Source of the DNA: Candidatus Bathyarchaeota archaeon
GTDB taxonomy: Archaea > Thermoproteota > Bathyarchaeia > TCS64
Direction: 5' to 3'
DNA: 64,000 nucleotides
NCBI GenBank assembly: GCA_963769425.1
Contig: CAVYLP010000001.1
Location: forward strand, 64,001 to 128,000
Part shown: positions 32,097 through 41,776 of the stretch, piece by piece
Layout: each line of letters begins with the position of its first letter
Numbering within the stretch: the stretch's first letter is position 1
Position numbers and translations under genes: made by a program
The notes under the pieces: generated by a model
The model's input: only the letters and a program-made list of their open reading frames with translations
Told to the model about the DNA's origin: nothing
The model's database searches: none

Positions 32097-32909
32097 TTAA
32101 GGAGTCGCTGGAACGACGTGGACAACATAATTCAGATAGCCGCTGAAGTAATCCTTCACCGAAATCTCAAAACCAGCCCCCGGATCAAAATCCAGAATCG
32201 AACCACTCGAAACCTCACCACGCGACGAGACACTAAACCTTATACACGCGGAACCACCGGGACCCGGGATCACCGATGTGGCATTCTGGGTTACCACAAG
32301 ATCGGGGCGCACGTCAACCGCCTTTATGGCGACGGGCAGATACGCGTCTATGCTGGGGTCAGTGACGATCGTCAGATCGAAGGTCTTAACATCACCAGCC
32401 TTGAGCCTGATGGGATCGATCTCACCGTAGATATCCGGTTTGAATGTTATGAAGTAGTCACCCTCCCCTGTTGGTGGGTGTGAATAGGGGATGTCTAGGT
32501 CGAAGGATTCAAAGGCTGACATGAGTTCGCCCGTTGTCGCGTCAACAATATAGCTGCCAACGTAGATCCACGGCTGACCGGTAACGTTGAGGCGCTTTGT
32601 GTACTCGATTCGCCAGTATGGGGAGTAGTCCCCGGGTGGCGTTGTGGTTACGTAGATGTGCTGATGCTCACCGGCTAACCAGAACTCCTGAGCCCAATCG
32701 ATCTTCATCCACTGCAGATCCACGGTGATCGGGGAATTACCAGATACTATTACAGTGTTGACTTTGGGGTTGTGTTCAATTGTGGTTATTGCCTCATCAC
32801 TCATTATTCTAACACCGTAGTTCGTTGGAGTTGTGACCACTAGGGTGGAGAAGGAAATTAGACCCACGAGAAAAGCTACTAGGGCAACCATTGAGTTCGT
32901 GGTCAACAT
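32097..32909 (-). CDS. Hypothetical secreted or membrane-anchored protein
   Basis: N-terminal TM, PepSY-like YWRIEY..IVDATTGEL, beta-rich C-terminus. Confidence 0.65.
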   Translation of the reverse strand: MLTTNSMVALVAFLVGLISFSTLVVTTPTNYGVRIMSDEAITTIEHNPKVNTVIVSGNSPITVDLQWMKIDWAQEFWLAGEHQHIYVTTTPPGDYSPYWRIEYTKRLNVTGQPWIYVGSYIVDATTGELMSAFESFDLDIPYSHPPTGEGDYFITFKPDIYGEIDPIRLKAGDVKTFDLTIVTDPSIDAYLPVAIKAVDVRPDLVVTQNATSVIPGPGGSACIRFSVSSRGEVSSGSILDFDPGAGFEISVKDYFSGYLNYVVHVVPATP

Positions 32910-33109
32910 GACATCCTCAATACTACTTGTCTACTCTAAAGTAGATAGCTTCCTAGCATCTATCTCCTTCCGTTTCACCTTATTCGTTCTCGAAAGACCC
33001 CCTCGTCTCAGAGTTGATATTAGGGTTATCCACTTTCAGCATCCCAATTACTTCATCCTTAATAAGACGCGCGCACACGCGGGGCCAAGTCTGGTTTCGC
33101 TAGTCGCAC

Positions 33110-33406
33110 TCAAGGCGTATGCTCACGTCGGTCCCTCTCCTCATCCCGCCTCAACTGCTCCCCCAACCACTCATCGCTGACGGTGTAGGCTTCATTTGAC
33201 CCCCAACGAATCAAAAAAGGGAACTTGTCACCCGACCTCCTCCAGTTCTCCATTGAGCGAGTGTCACCGGCGTGAAAGCTAACGTTGTCCGTCTCCTTCC
33301 CCTTCCTGAGATAAGAGTAGACGAGGGGGATGACTACGAGGCCCATGAACACGAATACCAATATTTCGATAGACGCGACAACATCATGCTGTGCCAGGGA
33401 CATCAA
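33110..33406 (-). CDS. Hypothetical single-TM protein
   Basis: One hydrophobic helix followed by a charged tail. Confidence 0.5.
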   Translation of the reverse strand: MMSLAQHDVVASIEILVFVFMGLVVIPLVYSYLRKGKETDNVSFHAGDTRSMENWRRSGDKFPFLIRWGSNEAYTVSDEWLGEQLRRDEERDRREHTP

Positions 33407-33487
33407 ACTCTCAGCATCATATACAACTTATCAATCCTATAAAACATAACATGATAATTCATGACCAATAAAAAATATGAGAAAGAA

Positions 33488-33916
33488 TCAACTCCTCTCC
33501 TCAACTCTATGAGTTGAGACGAGGTTCATGATACGCTGAACAAGAACAATATAGACGTCAAGACTCGGGCCCTTCTCCAGATACGAGTCCACCCCCGCCT
33601 TGAAAGCCCTCTCAACCATCTTTTCGTCATCCCGACAAGTGAACAAGATGAAGGGTGTGTCGCATCCCTCTCCCCTCAGCCTCTCGCAGAATTCGACTCC
33701 ATTCATCCTATACATCGTATAGTTGCTGACGATGCAGTCGAAAGTCTGGCCGTGAATTAGTTCAAGTGCCTTCTCAGCGGAGCCAGCGGTATTGAAGATG
33801 AAGGACGCATCAATTCTTCGAAGAGCCATCTCTGATAGCTCAAGGTGAGTATCATCGTCGTCAACCAATAGGACCCGCAGGTTGAGGGGATGTTGACTCA
33901 TTATGCATCCAGGCAA
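33488..33916 (-). CDS. Atypical stand-alone receiver
   Basis: LLVDDD, FDCIVSNYTM (Asn at the phospho-Asp position), ILFT, YLEK. Confidence 0.82.
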   Translation of the reverse strand: MPGCIMSQHPLNLRVLLVDDDDTHLELSEMALRRIDASFIFNTAGSAEKALELIHGQTFDCIVSNYTMYRMNGVEFCERLRGEGCDTPFILFTCRDDEKMVERAFKAGVDSYLEKGPSLDVYIVLVQRIMNLVSTHRVEERS

Positions 33917-33942
33917 GGAAGCGTGGAATATAATGTGTAATC

Positions 33943-34098
33943 TTACTTACTGAGTTGGTTGAAGGTGGTCTTGCATTTCATGCATCTTAGAATCGCCACC
34001 TTTTTGTCTTTGGGGTCTATTCCCGCTATTATCGACTTCTTAGCACCGCATACTGGGCAGTCGTCGCCCCATTTGACTTTGTGCTCACTGTCCGTCAT
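33943..34098 (-). CDS. Small zinc-ribbon protein (one frameshift)
   Basis: Not in ORF track. MTDSEHKVKWGDDCPVCGAKKSIIAGIDPK, then after removing one A: DKKVAILRCMKCKTTFNQLSK*. Confidence 0.55.
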   Translation of the reverse strand: MTDSEHKVKWGDDCPVCGAKKSIIAGIDPKDKKVAILRCMKCKTTFNQLSK

Positions 34099-34193
34099 GG
34101 TTCGGCACAGCCACATAAATGGCTATTTATATAGTTTTACTTAGATCTACTTATGATTTAACTAAAAATAATCGTAAGACCTAGCCAACAGGC

Positions 34194-34376
34194 TCAGAAT
34201 CGTACCATCGCCTTTTCTCCGGCAAGGGCCTTATACCACTTTTCGTTTATCTCGATAACCTTTCCCTCATCTACGTCAAAGAACTTGTTCTCAGTTTCGC
34301 ATTTCCACAGCTTGAATCCGTTTACCTCCATTTCCTTCAAGGGTGCGCTACAGCTCGGACAATAATGTGAAACCAT
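34194..34376 (-). CDS. Small zinc-ribbon-like protein
   Basis: CPSC...WKC, 60 aa. Confidence 0.55.
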   Translation of the reverse strand: MVSHYCPSCSAPLKEMEVNGFKLWKCETENKFFDVDEGKVIEINEKWYKALAGEKAMVRF

Positions 34377-34466
34377 GTGTTATCCAAGAAGTCGGGTCCT
34401 AAAGAACGTTCTTAGACTGTCCCGAATATTTTCGGCTAAAATAATACGGCTATAAGTGTAGTGAAG

Positions 34467-34966
34467 TCAGGCTTCGCCCTTCGCCGGTAACCTCACAACG
34501 AAAACAGTCCCAGCGCTAACCTCTGATTTGAGGTCGATTGAACCACCCATCGCCTCTACCGCCCTTCGGCAATGCGTCAACCCTAGCCCCATACCACCCG
34601 TCTTCGTGGTGTACAGCGGAGAGAAGATGCGATTCTTTGACTCCTCAGAAATCCCACCACCAGTATCAGTGACACTGATCACTATCTCTCACCCGCCTTC
34701 TCCGCCCTGATAGTGAGCCTACCCCCTGTAGGCATCGCCTCAACCGCGTTCTTAACGAGATTATCGATAACACGATGCATGATGTCCGGGTCGATAACCA
34801 CTGAATTTGAACCAACGCCAACCGATGTCTCAACAACGATGTTGGCTGGAATAGTCGACCCCTCTAAAACCCTCTTGAACAAGTCACCGAGACTAGTCAT
34901 GACTGGCTGAGGCACGATCTCCCGAGTGCTAGACCTCCAGTCAGCGATCATCTTCAGATACCTCAC
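34467..34966 (-). pseudogene. Histidine kinase HATPase remnant (5'-truncated, frameshifted)
   Basis: NLVKNAVEA, DTGGG and GMGLGL in two frames; no H-box or sensor domain. Confidence 0.8.
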
Positions 34967-34995
34967 AATTTTATAATGAAGCCACTTAATGTAAG

Positions 34996-35820
34996 TTGGT
35001 GAAGGTTTTGGACGCGCAGGAAAGACAGTCTGTTTGGCGAATACTCTTTATTTTTCTCGTGCTTGCATCAATGACATTAGTTAGCGTGTATATATTTGAC
35101 GAATTAGTAGCGCCCAAGATCTCCCCAAATTTAGTACTCGTGCAATCCCTAAGAGTCCTCATAGTGATAACGACGACGGGAATAGCAGTATTCGTCGTAA
35201 GGAGAACGAAGAGATTCATCGTGGATAGGACTCGAACAAATGTGGCGAACTTCTTCGAGTTCATCATGATTGTGCTAATCTTGTTGATGTCGATGTTTTC
35301 CCTATTGCACATCTTCAACGTCGACACTAACACTCTACTGATCAGTGGTGGCATCATCTCGATCACCCTGGGGTTGGTTGTGTCAACGTTCGTTGGTGAT
35401 ACCCTTGCGGGTATGCTTGTATTCCTGTTGAATCTATACCATGTAGGTGACACGGTTTTCGTAAACAGTATACCGTGCAGAGTCGAGGAAATGAGTGCCC
35501 TCGTGACTAGGTTCAGGAACGATACAGGTGGAATAGTATCAGTACCTAACACAGCAATTGCTCAGGGAAGTGTCATTGTCACCCGGTTCCCCGATAATAA
35601 AGGCGTCTTTGTGAGTAGGCTTCCTTACGCTAAAAATGATCGCATCTACACAACGTACATGAACACTGAGGGTGTAGTCGTAGATCTTGACTCGATGCAC
35701 ACGCGGATAAGACTTGACACGGGAATGGAGTTATCTTTTCTTAACAATAGCATCCTCTCAGGCACAATCGCTGTCGCTAAAATTGTTGGCGAAAAGAAAG
35801 AGGATAATAAGACTAGTTGA
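34996..35820 (+). CDS. MscS-family mechanosensitive channel
   Basis: Three TM helices, LAG..FL...YHVGD.V, VPN motif. Confidence 0.8.
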   Translation: MVKVLDAQERQSVWRILFIFLVLASMTLVSVYIFDELVAPKISPNLVLVQSLRVLIVITTTGIAVFVVRRTKRFIVDRTRTNVANFFEFIMIVLILLMSMFSLLHIFNVDTNTLLISGGIISITLGLVVSTFVGDTLAGMLVFLLNLYHVGDTVFVNSIPCRVEEMSALVTRFRNDTGGIVSVPNTAIAQGSVIVTRFPDNKGVFVSRLPYAKNDRIYTTYMNTEGVVVDLDSMHTRIRLDTGMELSFLNNSILSGTIAVAKIVGEKKEDNKTS

Positions 35821-35845
35821 GTAGGCACACGTGTTGACTAAGAGG

Positions 35846-35991
35846 TAATTTCACACGCGCGAGCCTGTTTAGAAAATCACCATCTAAGACGTCTCAACAC
35901 CCATCCCTTAACCGCATCAAGGATACTCACGAACACCACATCCACAAATCATACTCAACATTACTAAAGAGCGCGCGCGGGTGAAAAATTA
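35846..35991. repeat. ~145-bp segment bounded by imperfect inverted repeats
   Basis: TAATTTCACACGCGCGAGC (35846-35864) versus the reverse complement of 35971-35991, TAATTTTTCACCCGCGCGCGC. Confidence 0.5.
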
Positions 35992-36440
35992 GACATGCAG
36001 AGCCTTGAATGGTTAATATTGAGCAATCTTCGATGAAGATTCATCCGTCTTATTTGATGCTTTATCGAACTTTGTGTGGCACTTCTCGCAGTTCGCCATT
36101 GGAAAGGGTCCCTCGAGGGTCTCGAAAACGTTTCCGCAGTTGGGGCATTTGACTTTTATTTTGTTCATTCGTCCACCACTGAGATTCCCTCATTCTACTA
36201 ATTAAAGTATTTATTGCCTTAGTAGCAGGTAAATTGGCGTAAATCACCCCGAATTCTCGAGGAAAGAAGACGCCCGGGATGTTTAGTGGGTCTTCTGGAA
36301 CTTTATAGAGGAAGCGGGGGATTAAGCTGAGGACAGTTCCTATAAAGTTGATTCGCGTCTTTTTTATTGATAAGAATTCAAAACAGGAGAATTCAGGTTA
36401 GAAATACGTGAAAGAAAAAAACTGATAAAAAAGGTTACAA

Positions 36441-37532
36441 CTACTTTATTGCGTATTTTTTAACTACGTCCCAGTCTACCTCGAAGCCGAGCCCCGGCTT
36501 GTTCGGTGCGCTGAGGTATCCTTTCTCAGGGCGGTAGGCCGGGTCTATGAAGTAGGACTCAAGGGGTACGGCGTTTATCTCGACCCACTCGCTGCGGTTG
36601 TTGCTGAGGCTGAGGTGGACGGATGCTGGGATGCCGGGTCCGAAGAAGAAGCTATGAGTTGCGAGGTCGAGGTTCCACGCCTCCGCGAGTGCGAAGATCT
36701 TCCTGCACGCCGTGATGCCGCCAGTCATGATGACGTCAGGCTGGACAAGGTCGTACGGGTGCTTCTCGACGATGTTCTTGAAGCCGTAGTGGGTGTACTC
36801 GTTCTCCCCGCCGGCGATTGGGATGTCGGTCTTCGTCCTGAGCCACGCGAGGCTGTCGTAGTCGTCGACTGGCCAGATGGGCTCCTCAAGCCACGTGAGG
36901 TTGTACCGCTCAAGCTGGCGGGCCGCCTTCAGGGCCTGCCCGGGTGTCCACGCCCCGTTGACGTCGAGCATCACCTCTATGTCGTCGCCCACCGCGTCGC
37001 GGACCGCCCTCGTGCAGGCGACGCCATCGTCCTTGCCCTGATGAATCTTAATCCCCTTGTAACCCTCCTCGACCCAGCGTTGGCTTACTTTGGCGACTTC
37101 CTCGGGCTTCTTGTACTCCATGAGGCTCGCGTAGGCCTTTACCTTGGGCTTACAGAGCCCACCTATCATCTCGTAGACGGGGAGTTTCCTCGCCTTGCCT
37201 ATGATGTCCCAGAGGGCTATCTCGACGCTGCTCAGCGATTGAATTGATATCCCCTTGACGCCGTGACCGAAGCTCACGTGGTAGACCTTGTTCCATAGAC
37301 GCTCCACCTGCATCGGGTCCTCCCCGACGAGCAGGGGCTTGAGCTGCTGCTCGATGTAGCCACCCACCGCGCCGTAGGTGTAGGGGATCGCCTCCCCGTA
37401 GCCCTTTATTCCCTCATCGGTCGTGACCTCGACGAGTATGTGCACGCTCCTCCTCTTCGGGTACGCGGAGAGGGGCTCCGTCTCCCTGAGGGGTATCCAC
37501 ATCGGGTAGGTCTTAATGTCAGTTATCTTCGT
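36441..37532 (-). CDS. Mandelate racemase/muconate lactonizing enzyme family protein
   Basis: GIKGYGE, EIALWDIIGK, KIH, MLDVN, WLEEP, GENE, QPD. The frame extends to ACG-KITDIKTYP at 37532. Confidence 0.93.
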   Translation of the reverse strand, partial: TKITDIKTYPMWIPLRETEPLSAYPKRRSVHILVEVTTDEGIKGYGEAIPYTYGAVGGYIEQQLKPLLVGEDPMQVERLWNKVYHVSFGHGVKGISIQSLSSVEIALWDIIGKARKLPVYEMIGGLCKPKVKAYASLMEYKKPEEVAKVSQRWVEEGYKGIKIHQGKDDGVACTRAVRDAVGDDIEVMLDVNGAWTPGQALKAARQLERYNLTWLEEPIWPVDDYDSLAWLRTKTDIPIAGGENEYTHYGFKNIVEKHPYDLVQPDVIMTGGITACRKIFALAEAWNLDLATHSFFFGPGIPASVHLSLSNNRSEWVEINAVPLESYFIDPAYRPEKGYLSAPNKPGLGFEVDWDVVKKYAIK

Positions 37533-37737
37533 CTCCTATGCCTCCAGAAGCTGTCCTAGTCTATGGTTCTTGGGCGGGAAAAGACTTTAGCCCCAAACCC
37601 TCCTCACTTCTTCCTTACAATCTTCCTCCCACCGCTCTCTCCACAAACAAACATAAACAAATAGACAGACATTAAATAAAATTCGAGGTAAGGAGATATG
37701 TTAAATTCAATAATGGGTATTAGTTTCGACGATTAAC

Positions 37738-39111
37738 TTGGCACAAGAAGAGCTCAATCCAAAAAAACATAATTCTGAAGAGTGCGTTAATCCTCAGTGT
37801 GATATATGTAAATATAAAAAACCATTTGATTTTCCAAGAGAAATCATTGAAGCATATAAAAATGGTCAATTAATCATTTTCGCGGGAGCGGGAATTAGTA
37901 CAGAACGAAGAGAAATTTTTCCAGTCAGTTTTTCAAATAAAATTAAAATAAAACTTGGAATACCCAAAGAGGAAAAAATAAAATTTTCAACATTAATGAC
38001 TAAATATTGTAATTTAACTGGATCTAAAAAAGAATTATTCAATGATATTAAACAACGGATCGATTATGTGACCTCATTTCCAGAATTATTGTTTAGAGCT
38101 ACAGAATTTCATCGAGAGCTATCAGTAATTCCCCATTTAGACGAAGTTTTTACAACAAATTGGGATGATTTTTTTGAAAAAGAATGTGGTTCAACACCAA
38201 TCGTTACAGGACAAGACTTTGCACTATTCCAAGACATTTCCGGAAGAAAAATTTTCAAAATTCATGGTTCAATCAGCAATTACAGCTCAATAATCGCTAC
38301 AGAGGAGGATTATCGTAAGTGCTATAGACAAATGCAAAAAGGCATTATTGGAGCAGTTCTTAAAAATTTACTTGTTACAAAAACAATAGTATTTGTTGGC
38401 TATTCATTAGGCGATGAAGATTTTCAAAAAATATACAACTTACTAAAAAAAGATACAAATGGTATTATGCCCTCATCTTACATAGTAACACTTGACGAAA
38501 ATGCGGAAACAAAAATACGATTGTTAAAAATGAACACGCTCCCAATAAACACAGATTCATCATATTTTATTCATGAATTCAAGAAAAAATTAGTCGAAGA
38601 AAAATTGATGCTACCAGAAACTAATTTTGCGGAAATAAATGAAAAATTAGAAAAAGTAATTACTGAACACCATAAATTATCCTTATTAGATCTTAATAAA
38701 TATCCAGATTCAATATACTCACTTGCTTATCAAGATGGTTTAATGCATGCATTTGAACGAATTTTATTAAAAATGAATACTGGAGAATATTCTTGCATGA
38801 CCCATTTATCAAATATGATAACTGATTATGATATAATTATTAAAGATAAGTTACATCAAAAAAATTATTGGGATGTAGCTTATTTTAGGGGTTATCAATA
38901 TGGGTTGGTATACCTTTTTACTACAAAAGATAGAGAGTCAATTCCTTTATACTACTTATTTGGAGAAAATGATGTTTTAACTTTTGAAGATTTTTTCAAG
39001 TTTCAAAAGAAGGCGTCTAAACAGCATAAGACAGCCCACCAAAAAGCAGTAAGTTTAATAAAAAAAATTAAGCCAAAAGAAACAGTTATGCATCACCGTC
39101 CTTTCTTATAA
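37738..39111 (+). CDS. SIR2-domain (SIR2_2-like) protein, probable defence NADase
   Basis: IFAGAGIS, FTTNWD, KIHGS, VFVGYSLGD; very AT-rich gene. Confidence 0.88.
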   Translation: MAQEELNPKKHNSEECVNPQCDICKYKKPFDFPREIIEAYKNGQLIIFAGAGISTERREIFPVSFSNKIKIKLGIPKEEKIKFSTLMTKYCNLTGSKKELFNDIKQRIDYVTSFPELLFRATEFHRELSVIPHLDEVFTTNWDDFFEKECGSTPIVTGQDFALFQDISGRKIFKIHGSISNYSSIIATEEDYRKCYRQMQKGIIGAVLKNLLVTKTIVFVGYSLGDEDFQKIYNLLKKDTNGIMPSSYIVTLDENAETKIRLLKMNTLPINTDSSYFIHEFKKKLVEEKLMLPETNFAEINEKLEKVITEHHKLSLLDLNKYPDSIYSLAYQDGLMHAFERILLKMNTGEYSCMTHLSNMITDYDIIIKDKLHQKNYWDVAYFRGYQYGLVYLFTTKDRESIPLYYLFGENDVLTFEDFFKFQKKASKQHKTAHQKAVSLIKKIKPKETVMHHRPFL

Positions 39112-39166
39112 AAGAAAAAATCTCAAATAATAATTACTTATCTCATTCATAATTATCTGTTAATCC

Positions 39167-39394
39167 TCATCTTACTAACGTGTGCTCAACATAGTAACTT
39201 ATCTTTCGTGATCTTATTGATCTTCTTTCTTTCATTAAGTAAAATTTTACTCGTCCGTCTAGTTTTCCCCAGCGGTATACGACTCTCGGGCTTGATTTCG
39301 AACCTTTTGGTCCAACTCTCAGAGTCGATGACTCTTTGATACTCTGCATTATTGCATAATTAATCAATGATTTAATTTGAGACTCCAAAGCCAT
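39167..39394 (-). CDS. Possible small basic protein
   Basis: MALESQIKSL... 75 aa, convergent with the SIR2 gene; the longer listed ORF runs through a repeat. Confidence 0.35.
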   Translation of the reverse strand: MALESQIKSLINYAIMQSIKESSTLRVGPKGSKSSPRVVYRWGKLDGRVKFYLMKERRSIRSRKISYYVEHTLVR

Positions 39395-39657
39395 CCAGCA
39401 AATAATATGCATATTTCGATCCCAATTTACAGCCCTGTTAAAAACAACGTGATAAGAGCATTTACTAGACTTTAGCCCTAAACCCAAACCACTCATTCTC
39501 CTCTACACTCTCTCTTACTCTCTCTAAGAAAAACAGACACACACAAACAAGCGTCACTTTTTCAGATTACGACAATGACAAAAACTAAATCTCTTCGCAC
39601 ACATGAGCTTAGACTATCCTAAAGATAACTTATAAAATAATTTGCGTAACTATAACC

Positions 39658-41548
39658 ATGAGTCATTCAAAAAGCGAAGAGGAAGTTTTACGCGCAAGCG
39701 GTGCCGCGAACAGCGAGATCCCCGAGAAATTCACACCGAAGACCGATAGCTTCGACTACGTCCGCCGCGAGGAGATGATCCCGATGCGCGACGGCGTAAA
39801 GCTCAAGACCATAATCCTCGTGCCGAAGGATGCACGGGACGCGCCGATCATTATTACACGTACGCCCTACAACGCCTCGGAACGCACGCTCCGATTCAAC
39901 AGCCCAAACCTCTCCTCAGTCGTGCCGCAGATGAACGACACTACGTCCGCGGCTCGATACATCATCGTGTACCAGGACGTGCGCGGGAAATACGGCTCCG
40001 ACGGCGACTACGTGATGACCAAACCGCTCGAGGGGCCCCTGAACGCGACCGGCACCGACCACGCGACCGATAGCTACGACACAATCGACTGGCTGGTGAA
40101 GCACGTGCCAGAGTCGAACGGCCGCGTGGCCGCGATGGGCGGCTCCTACGAGGGCTACACGACGCTGATGTGCACGGTGAACCCGCACCCGGCGTTGAAG
40201 GCCGTGGTGGCGTTCGCGGCGATGGTGGACGGCTGGATGGGCGACGACTGGTTCCACAGGGGCGCGTTCCGCCAAGACGCATCGCTGTCGTACACCTACG
40301 AACAGGAGGCGACGCGCAAGAACGAGGCAAAATGGTGGTCCGGGACCTACGACACCTACGACGCCTTCCTGCGCGCCGGTAACGCGGGCACGATGGCCGC
40401 CTCGCGCGGCATGGAGGGCCTCGGGTTCTGGCAGAAACTCGCGGAGCACACGGCTTACGACTCCTTCTGGCAGCAGCAGGCCGTGGACAAGCTGCTCGCC
40501 GAACGCCCGCTCGCGGTGCCTATGCTTATCGTCGGCGGGCTCTTCGACCAGGAGGACATCTACGGCTCTCCCGCGCTCTACAAGGCGCTAGCGCCGAAGG
40601 ATCCCGACGGAAAGTTCGTGCACCTCGTGCTTGGGCCTTGGAACCACGGGCAGGGGAGGCGCGATGCGCGCAGTCTCGGCTCCCTACAGTTCGAGGGCGA
40701 CACCGCTGGTTGGTTCCGGCGCAACGGTGATGCAGCCGTTCCTGGACCACTACCTGAGGGACGCCCCGAAGCCGGAAACACCGCGCGTGCTCGCTTACGA
40801 GACCGGCGCGAATATCTGGCACCGCTATGACGATTGGCCGCGCGCTTGCGTAAACGGTTGCGCAGCACGCTCGCGCAATCTCTACGTTCAGGCGGAGGGG
40901 AGGCTCGGCTTTGAGGCGCCGCCCGCCGCAGAGGAAGCCTTCGATGAGTACGTATCGGATCCCGCGAAGCCTGTGCCTTACCGGCAGCGGCCGACTGTAC
41001 CGACCTACGCGGCGGAGTCCACCTGGGGCGAGTGGCTGGTGGATGACCAGCGCCACACCGCCTCACGCACTGATGTGTTGGTCTGGTCCACGGAGCCACT
41101 AAAGGAACCCATGCGCGTCGCGGGCCAACCAGTCGCGAGGCTATTTGCCTCGACGAGCGGCAGCGATTCGGACTGGGTCGTGAAGATCATCGACGTCTGG
41201 CCGGACGAAGTACCGGAGAACCCGAAGCTCGGCGGCTACCAGCAGATGCTTTCGGCCGACATCTTCCGCGGTCGGTACCGCGAGGACCTCGCGGTCGCGA
41301 AGCCACTAGCATCCGGCAAGGTGCTGGACTATCGCATTCCCTTGCCGCAGATTAGCCACAGCTTCCTGCCCGGCCACAGGATCATGGTGCAGGTGCAGTC
41401 GAGCTGGTTCCCGCTCTACGACCGAAACCCGCAGACCTTCGTGCCGAACATCATGTTCGCGCCACTGGAGAGCTACCGGAAGGCGACGCAGCGCGTGTGG
41501 CGGACTGCGGAGTTTCCGACGGCCATCGAGTTTCCCGTAATCACATAG
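39658..41548 (+). CDS. CocE/NonD hydrolase, alpha-amino acid ester hydrolase-like (frameshift near 40725)
   Basis: IPMRDGVKL, RTPY, QDVRG, GSYEG nucleophile, GPWNHG, SSWFPLYDRNPQ; very GC-rich. Confidence 0.92.
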
Positions 41549-41776
41549 AGGCGGTATTCGCGCGTTTCCCCACTCGCGGAAATTTCGGCACTTGACCAGT
41601 TGTTACGAACTCATTAGTGAGGATACTCCGCGCGTGTGTCTGTCTGTTTGTCTGTCTTAGAGAGTAGGAGAGAATGTAGGGAAGAATAGTGTTAGGTAGT
41701 CGTGAATATTAGGGGTGATGGGTTTGGGAAAAAAGACTATGGCCCCAAACTTGCACAAAAATGTGTGAGCACGAAG

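Noticed and set aside
34391-34426. Imperfect palindrome centred on AAGAACGTTCTT
   Set aside because: Single copy in a short intergenic gap; could be an operator or chance.
36265-36350. Hairpins AACTTTATAGAGGAA/TTCCTATAAAGTT and GAAGAC/GTCTTC
   Set aside because: Single occurrence downstream of the enolase-family gene; probably terminator-like, with nothing further to support it.
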